Shown: positions 58,149-64,000 of the stretch, piece after piece
How positions within the stretch are numbered: position 1 is the stretch's first letter
How the letters are laid out: each line of letters starts with the position of its first letter
DNA from: Deltaproteobacteria bacterium
Lineage (GTDB): Bacteria > Myxococcota > Kuafuiibacteriia > Kuafuiibacteriales > Kuafuiibacteriaceae
Length of the DNA stretch: 64,000 nt
Reading direction: 5' to 3'
Assembly (NCBI GenBank): GCA_040218735.1
Contig: JAVJQW010000007.1
Coordinates: 192,001-256,000 of the forward strand
Made by a program: the position numbers and the translations under genes
The notes under the pieces: model-generated
The model's input: the letters and a program-made list of their open reading frames with translations, nothing else
Told to the model about the DNA's origin: nothing
The model's database searches: none

Positions 58149-59699
58149 ATGCGCTTCGGGATCGACTTCGGAACGACGCGAACGGTCGTCGCACTCGCGG
58201 ATCGGGGCAACTATCCGATCGCCGGGTTCGAGACGGCGGACGGCGAGGATCTCGACTACTACCCGACGGTGGTCGCCGAGCGTGACGGCGAGCTGATCTT
58301 CGGCCCGCAGGCGCTCGCCGCCGAGGAGGGCACGATCGTGCGCTCCTTCAAGCGGCTGCTCGGTGCGTCACAGGTAGCGCCCGATCTGATCGTTCGGATC
58401 GGGCGCGTCGAGACCACGCTGCTCGGGTTGCTGACGGGCTTCTTCTCCGCGCTCCTCCACGACCTGCTGCACCACTCGACGCTCGACGTCGAAGACGAGC
58501 CGCACCAGGCGATCGTCGCGACGCCCGCGAACGCACACAGCGCGCAGCGTTTCATCACGTTGGAGGCCGCGCGCGCCGCGGGCTTCGACGTCATCGCGAT
58601 GATGAACGAGCCGTCGGCGGCGGGTGTCGAGTACGCGCACCGGCACCAGCGCACGCTGACGTCGCGACGTGAGCTCGTGCTTGTCTACGACCTCGGCGGT
58701 GGCACGTTCGACGCGTCGCTGGTTTCGATGCAGGGGCAGTCCCACGACGTCCTCGACTCGGCGGGCATCAAGCGCCTCGGGGGCGACGACTTCGACCGGG
58801 TGCTGTTCGAGCAGGCGCTCGCGTTGGTCGACGTCGATCCCGGCGCGCTCGACGAAGGCGACGAACGACGGCTGCTCGAACACTGTCGCCAGCAGAAGGA
58901 GCGGCTGCACCCCAGCTCGAAGAAGATCGTCGTCGACGTCGGCGCGTGTCTGAGCGCGGCGACGCAGAAGCGGCTTGACGTCGGCGAAGAGCTGAGCAGC
59001 GTGCTGAAGGCGTCGCGGTACTACGAGGCGTGTGAGCCGTTGGTGGTGAAGACACTCGAAGTGCTCGCACGTGTGCTGCCGGGCAACCTCGACGAGGACG
59101 CGCTCGATCGCATCGCGGGGGTGTACGTGGTTGGTGGCGCGAGCGCGTTGCCTTGTGTGGCGCGGGCGCTGCGCGAGTGGTTCGGGCGTCGCGTGCGGCG
59201 GTCCCCATACCCTTCGGCGTCGACGGCGATCGGTCTCGCGATCGCGTTCGACGAGGGGAGCGAGGTGCATGTGCAGGAGCGCCTCGCGCGCAACTTTGGC
59301 GTGTTCCGCGAGGCGAGCGACGGGGCCGAGGTGGTCTTCGACGCGTTGATCGATCGGAGCGCGGCGGTCCCGTCGCAGGTCGCGCCGGCGACGGACCTGG
59401 TGCGCACGTACCGTCCCACCCACAACGTCGGGCACTTTCGGTACGTGGAGTGCGGGTGGCTCGACGACAGCGGCGCGCCGGCCGGCGACATCACGCCGTA
59501 CGGGGACGTCTACTTCCCGTTCGATACGACGCTCCGCGGGCGACGGGGACTGGAGGAAGTCGCGATCGAGCGTACCCCGGGTGAGGGCCCGCGGATCGAG
59601 GAGCGGTACCGGATCGACGCGTCGGGTGTCGTGAGTGTGACCATTCGTGACCTCGACTCCGGGTACGAGAAGCGGCACCGCATCGGTCCGGTCCGGTGA
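58149..59699 (+). CDS. Atypical Hsp70-family protein
   Basis: GIDFGTT, NEPSAA, YDLGGGTFDAS, LGGDDFD, VVGGAS; short C-terminus. Confidence 0.88.
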   Translation: MRFGIDFGTTRTVVALADRGNYPIAGFETADGEDLDYYPTVVAERDGELIFGPQALAAEEGTIVRSFKRLLGASQVAPDLIVRIGRVETTLLGLLTGFFSALLHDLLHHSTLDVEDEPHQAIVATPANAHSAQRFITLEAARAAGFDVIAMMNEPSAAGVEYAHRHQRTLTSRRELVLVYDLGGGTFDASLVSMQGQSHDVLDSAGIKRLGGDDFDRVLFEQALALVDVDPGALDEGDERRLLEHCRQQKERLHPSSKKIVVDVGACLSAATQKRLDVGEELSSVLKASRYYEACEPLVVKTLEVLARVLPGNLDEDALDRIAGVYVVGGASALPCVARALREWFGRRVRRSPYPSASTAIGLAIAFDEGSEVHVQERLARNFGVFREASDGAEVVFDALIDRSAAVPSQVAPATDLVRTYRPTHNVGHFRYVECGWLDDSGAPAGDITPYGDVYFPFDTTLRGRRGLEEVAIERTPGEGPRIEERYRIDASGVVSVTIRDLDSGYEKRHRIGPVR

Positions 59700-59770
59700 C
59701 GCGGGGGCGGTCGTCTTGACTCGCAGGCATGGGCGTGGGAACCACCTCGGCCTGAAAGGAATCAGATACG

Positions 59771-60346
59771 ATGGCATTTGAACTTCCCGCGCTCCCCTTC
59801 GAAAAGAACGCGCTCGAGCCGCACATCTCGGCCGAGACGCTCGACTACCACCACGGCAAGCACCACAACGCTTACGTGACCAAGCTGAACGCGCTGACCG
59901 AGGGCACGGACAACGCGAACAAGAGCCTGGAAGAGCTCATCAAGACGACCGAGGGTGGCCTGTTCAACCAGGCGGCGCAGGTCTGGAACCACACGTTCTA
60001 CTGGAACAGCATGAGCCCGAACGGCGGCGGCGCTCCGAGCGGCGCGATCGCGGACGCGATCAACGCGGCGTTCGGCAGCTTCGACGACTTCAAGGCGAAG
60101 TTCACCGCGGCGGCCGGCGGCCAGTTCGGCTCGGGCTGGGCGTGGCTCGTGAAGAACGGCGACGGCAAGCTGGAGATCTGCACGACGGCGAACGCCGGCA
60201 ACCCGCTGACGGACGGCAAGACGCCGGTCCTCACGTGCGACGTCTGGGAGCACGCGTACTACGTCGACTACCGCAACGCGCGCCCGAAGTACCTGGAGGC
60301 CTGGTGGAACCTGGTGAACTGGGACTTCGCAAACGCGAACCTCTGA
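59771..60346 (+). CDS. sodB: Superoxide dismutase [Fe]
   Basis: HHGKHH, FNQAAQVWNH (Fe-type Gln), DVWEHAYY. Confidence 0.95.
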   Translation: MAFELPALPFEKNALEPHISAETLDYHHGKHHNAYVTKLNALTEGTDNANKSLEELIKTTEGGLFNQAAQVWNHTFYWNSMSPNGGGAPSGAIADAINAAFGSFDDFKAKFTAAAGGQFGSGWAWLVKNGDGKLEICTTANAGNPLTDGKTPVLTCDVWEHAYYVDYRNARPKYLEAWWNLVNWDFANANL

Positions 60347-60372
60347 TCTGAATCAGCATCCGAGGTGAAGGA

Positions 60373-60410
60373 GAGGGCGGCTGCCGAGGGATCGGTGGTC
60401 GCCCTTTTTC
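60373..60410 (+). terminator. Rho-independent terminator after sodB
   Basis: agggcggctgccga-ggga-tcggtggtcgccct stem (with G-U pairs) followed by a T run. Confidence 0.8.
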
Positions 60411-61441
60411 TATTCAGTGGACTCGAGGATCTCGAGGTTCGTTCGACCGAGCGTCTGACCGCTCGCCGTCTCGACCGCGCACCGCCACTCGCCGCGCGGC
60501 GCCTTCGTCAGTCGTTTCTTGATCGACCACGTCCTGAAGCCGGCTTCGCGACCGCCGCGTACGTCGAGCGCGACGCGATCCACGACGTGGCCGTCCTTCC
60601 ACCACACGTGGAACAGCTCGTCCTTCAGGCCGCGCGGCGCGGCGATGGCGGTGGCGCACACCAGCTGCTCGGGGACGTCGGGTAGCTCGTCCGTGGGGTC
60701 CGCGACCCAGCGGTCGGCGATCTGCGTGCCCATCGCCGCGTCGGCGAGCTCGAGCGGCGCGGGCGGCACGAACGCGGCGCCGCCGAACACGATGAACAGC
60801 GGGAACAGCGCGACGGCGGCGGCGTTGAACGCGAGCCGGTACGCGAGGTTTTCGAAGCGCAGGCCGTAGAGCCGGAGGAGCGCGGGGATAAGCGCGCTCG
60901 TGGCGATCGCGGCGCCGTAGAGGCTGACGCGGTTCGACAGGCCCATGACCGGGAGGATGCAGTTGACCGCGGCGAAGGTCGCGAACGCGAGGAGCGCCGC
61001 GCTCGCGAGGCGGCTCCTGAACACGAACTCGTAGAGCGGATCCCACAGCGTGAGCGCGCACGCGACGAGGAGCAGGTCGAAGAAGAAGAGGTGTCCGAAG
61101 TGGAACGACAGCGCGCCCCAGTAGAACGGGAGCGCGAAGAAGAGGCAGAGCTGGATGAGGCTCTGCGATCCCATCACGGCGGAGAAGCTGACGACCTTCG
61201 CGAAGACGGCCTTCTTGCCTTCGAGTTGATCGGCGTCGAGGCTGCCCATGAAGACGAAGGCGCCGAGCAGCAGCCACATGCCGACGGCGGCGGTCGCGAT
61301 CATCCACGCGTTCTCGGGGCGGCGGTCCATCATCACGCCGCCGGCGACGCCGAGGACGAGTGAGAACCACGGCAGCCACGGGCGTGCCTTCGCGAAGAGC
61401 GCCTCGAACTTCTTTCGTCGTTCTTCCGTCAGCCAGCGCAT
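60410..61441 (-). CDS. DUF2914 domain membrane protein
   Basis: About 7 TMs, then APRGL...HVW...RGGREAGFRTWS...GEWRCAVETASGQTLG. Confidence 0.8.
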   Translation of the reverse strand: MRWLTEERRKKFEALFAKARPWLPWFSLVLGVAGGVMMDRRPENAWMIATAAVGMWLLLGAFVFMGSLDADQLEGKKAVFAKVVSFSAVMGSQSLIQLCLFFALPFYWGALSFHFGHLFFFDLLLVACALTLWDPLYEFVFRSRLASAALLAFATFAAVNCILPVMGLSNRVSLYGAAIATSALIPALLRLYGLRFENLAYRLAFNAAAVALFPLFIVFGGAAFVPPAPLELADAAMGTQIADRWVADPTDELPDVPEQLVCATAIAAPRGLKDELFHVWWKDGHVVDRVALDVRGGREAGFRTWSIKKRLTKAPRGEWRCAVETASGQTLGRTNLEILESTE

Positions 61442-61599
61442 CGAAGCGAGACGGATCTTGGGACGGGTGCGCGAGGAACGTCGAGCCGCGATTCTTCGCG
61501 TATTCGAGGCGAGTGCCGGGCCTCGAAAGCCCCAAATAGGCGGATGTCGCAGGAACGCTCCGAAAGCCCACGTTGTCGCGAGGGTGGCCGTATCGCAGG

Positions 61600-63654
61600 A
61601 TGCGACGAGGAGCCCGCACGCGTCCTATGCCTCGAGTCGTACCAGCCCGAATCGTCACGCCGACCGGCGACCGCATCGATGGTGACATCGCCAACCTCAC
61701 CGCGACCGGTGTCTTCTTTCGCACGTCGACGCCGCTTCAGTTCGGCCAGTCCGTGACCGTGAAGATGCTCGGCCAGACCATGCCCGGGCAGGTCTTGTTC
61801 GTCAGCGTCGATCCCGAGGGCGCCGTGTTGTCGCTCCGCCCGTCCGAGGCGGCGCTGCCGGTGTTGATGCAGACCGCGCACGAGGTCGCGCAGGTCGGCG
61901 GACCACCGCCCGACGAGGACGACCCGTGGGGCGATCCGAACCAGGCGACCGTCGTGAGCCTCGACGGCGAGCCCGCCAAGCTCCCGACCGGAGACCTGGA
62001 GGTGGTGGCGGCCGAACCGGACGCGGTCGGCATCGATGCAAGCCTGCTTGCGGCGGCGTCGATGGACGACCAGTCCGCGATCGACATCCCGATCCTCGAT
62101 CCGGAGATCGGCGACGAGGATCAGACCATCCCGCCCGAGCGTGAAGTCGCCGCCGTCGCAGTGCCGCTCCCTCGGGCGTCCACGCCCGTGCCGCCAAGGT
62201 CGGGCTCGATCACCCGCTCGCGCACGGCGCTGCCGCGCAGCCCGAGCGGTCTCCCGCCGCCGTCTCGGGGCGCATCGGGCGCCGGCCTGCCGGCCCCGGT
62301 CGCGCGGAGCGCTTCCCACGCGCGTCCGCGCTCTGCCTCGGGCGCTGGGTTGCCGGCGCCTTCGGGCGGCGCCGCACCGGCGCGTGCCTCCTCGGGCGCT
62401 GGGTTGCCGGCGCCTTCGAAACCTTCGGCGCCGGCGCGTGCATCGTCAGGGGTCGGGCTCCCGACGTCGCAACCTTCGGCGCCGGCGCGTGCTTCGTCGG
62501 GCGTCGGGCTCCCGACGTCGCAGCCTTCGGCACCGGCGCGTGCATCGTCGGGCGTCGGTTCGCCTGCGTCGAAACCTTCGGCGCCGGCGCGTGCATCGTC
62601 GGGCGTCGGTTCGCCTGCGTCCAAACCTTCGGCGCCGGCGCGTGCATCGTCGGGCGTCGGGCTCCCGGCGGCGCAGCCTTCGGCATCGACGTCGTCGAGC
62701 GATGGCTCCGCCTCGTCGTCTGCGGCGACGCTCCCGACATCCTCGGTGCCTGCGCGGGCGACGTCCGGGGCGCGCCTCCCCGCCGCACGCGCGCGCGGCG
62801 CATCGAGCGCTGGTCTGCCGGCGGCGGTGCCTTCCGGGCCGGCGGCTTCCGCGTCCGAGCCCGCGAATCCTTCGATGCTCGACGAGCCGATGCGGCCGGA
62901 GCCGAGGGCGGTGGAGGAGGTCCCGATGACGACGTCGGACCTCGTCGCGTCCCCGCCCGACGTGATCATTCCGCCGCCGCCCGCCGATACGTCACCGAAG
63001 TCGCTCGCCGACGACTTGATGTCGCCGGCCATCGGCGGTGCGGGCGCCTGGAGCGGTGACACCGAGGTGCCCGCCGACGACCCGCCGGAGGCGAGCTCGG
63101 ACGACATGCTCGCGGAGCCGATGCACCCGTCGGGCGACACGACCGATGCCGTGTCCGCGAACGCACCCGGCGCGATGGCGACGAGCGAGGACCTCCCGAT
63201 CTTCACGTACGAGGCGACCGCAGACGAGGTCGCGAGCTCGGCGTCGGATGACGATGAGCCGGACTTCGAGATCGATGAGGTGTCGGAGCCGGTCGAGGTT
63301 GCCGCGCGGCCCGAGAGCGGTGGGCTTCAGCTCGTCCCCTCGGCCGACGAGGCGCCGCCGTCGGCCGACGCGAGCCTGCCCAAGCTGGACCGCGACGGTT
63401 ACACGGTGCGTTTCGCTTCGCCGGACGCCTATGCAGTGCAGTACGCGGCGAACATCGAACACGGCGGACTCGTCGTGCTCGCCGACGCGCTCCCGCTCGG
63501 CACCCAACGCATGCTCGCCCTCGAAGTCCCGGGCAGCACCGCGTACACGGTGAGCGCGCGGGTCATCTACCACCAAGACGGGAAGCTCGGCTTCATGCTC
63601 GACAGCTTCAGCCTCCACAAGACGCAGCTCAAGCGCCTCGCCGAAGCGAGTTAG
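61600..63654 (+). CDS. Double PilZ-like domain protein with long low-complexity linker
   Basis: N-terminal RRGAR plus NLTATG (PilZ RxxxR and D/NxSxxG-like); C-terminal YAANIEHGGLVV myxobacterial PilZ-like domain. Confidence 0.75.
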   Translation: MRRGARTRPMPRVVPARIVTPTGDRIDGDIANLTATGVFFRTSTPLQFGQSVTVKMLGQTMPGQVLFVSVDPEGAVLSLRPSEAALPVLMQTAHEVAQVGGPPPDEDDPWGDPNQATVVSLDGEPAKLPTGDLEVVAAEPDAVGIDASLLAAASMDDQSAIDIPILDPEIGDEDQTIPPEREVAAVAVPLPRASTPVPPRSGSITRSRTALPRSPSGLPPPSRGASGAGLPAPVARSASHARPRSASGAGLPAPSGGAAPARASSGAGLPAPSKPSAPARASSGVGLPTSQPSAPARASSGVGLPTSQPSAPARASSGVGSPASKPSAPARASSGVGSPASKPSAPARASSGVGLPAAQPSASTSSSDGSASSSAATLPTSSVPARATSGARLPAARARGASSAGLPAAVPSGPAASASEPANPSMLDEPMRPEPRAVEEVPMTTSDLVASPPDVIIPPPPADTSPKSLADDLMSPAIGGAGAWSGDTEVPADDPPEASSDDMLAEPMHPSGDTTDAVSANAPGAMATSEDLPIFTYEATADEVASSASDDDEPDFEIDEVSEPVEVAARPESGGLQLVPSADEAPPSADASLPKLDRDGYTVRFASPDAYAVQYAANIEHGGLVVLADALPLGTQRMLALEVPGSTAYTVSARVIYHQDGKLGFMLDSFSLHKTQLKRLAEAS
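62422..62676 (+). repeat. 51-bp tandem repeat, 5 units (PSAPARASSGVGxPxxx)
   Basis: Units start at 62422, 62473, 62524, 62575 and 62626; degenerate copies upstream from about 62270. Confidence 0.92.
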
Positions 63655-64000
63655 ATCGCCGCGAAGCGGGCGCCGAAGTCGGCGACGGTCGGTCGGTCCT
63701 CCGGGCGCTGGACAGTGGCCGCATCGATCAGCTCGACCAACGCCGCCGGCGCGTTCTTCTCCAGCTGCTGCCTCGACGCCGTGTCGTCGAGCGGGGCGCG
63801 CTCCTGGTGCGCGAGGATGCGCGCGCCGAGCGCGATGCCTTCGAAGAAGGAGCGCCCCGTGAGCGTGCGGAAGATGGTCGCCGCGAGCGCGTAGACGTCG
63901 GTGTTCGGGTGCACGCGGCCGCGCGTCTGTTCGGGGGCGAGGTAACCGGGCGTGCCGCTCACCACCTCCACGCCGCCGGCCGCAGCGAGCGTGCGTGCGA
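63651..64000 (-). CDS. Ser/Thr protein kinase, C-terminal part (5' end outside the window)
   Basis: GTPGYLAPEQ, TDVYAL, PEDRP (subdomains VIII, IX, XI). Confidence 0.88.
   Translation of the reverse strand, partial: ARTLAAAGGVEVVSGTPGYLAPEQTRGRVHPNTDVYALAATIFRTLTGRSFFEGIALGARILAHQERAPLDDTASRQQLEKNAPAALVELIDAATVQRPEDRPTVADFGARFAAI

Noticed and set aside
62422-62676. Regular repeats as a possible CRISPR array
   Set aside because: No unique spacers, in-frame 51-bp coding units, and no cas genes.

Overview
High-GC (about 70%, by eye) bacterial chromosomal DNA with about 46 tightly packed CDSs. It is most likely Myxococcota, judging from a PilA very close to the Myxococcus type, a pilGHI-like ABC module, myxobacterial PilZ and Ser/Thr kinase genes, and many lipoproteins. 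I see no rRNA, tRNA, CRISPR array or mobile element. Envelope and secreted functions dominate: (1) a nitroreductase plus a LolD/LolCE/LolA-like/outer-membrane (OM) barrel operon; (2) S1 and two S8 proteases plus a cryptic calpain-like cysteine protease; (3) a divergent glycosyltransferase pair; (4) an OM protein-ECF sigma-ZAS/FecR anti-sigma-Cys-rich lipoprotein module; (5) two CsgG-like paralogues bracketing a DUF4145(HEPN)-TM-TPR protein; (6) betB with a GH113-like gene; (7) a di-haem cytochrome/lipoprotein/Tat-protein triad; (8) a sigma54-driven tandem pilin locus with pilGHI-like genes; (9) tamAB, DUF3160, an Hsp70-like gene, sodB, DUF2914, a double-PilZ protein and a truncated kinase. The best candidates for undescribed systems are the membrane-anchored HEPN-TPR protein with its CsgG-TPR partner, the ECF/Cys-rich lipoprotein module flanked by subtilases, the cytochrome triad and the minimal calpain-like protease. 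All family calls come from reading motifs by eye, not from database searches.
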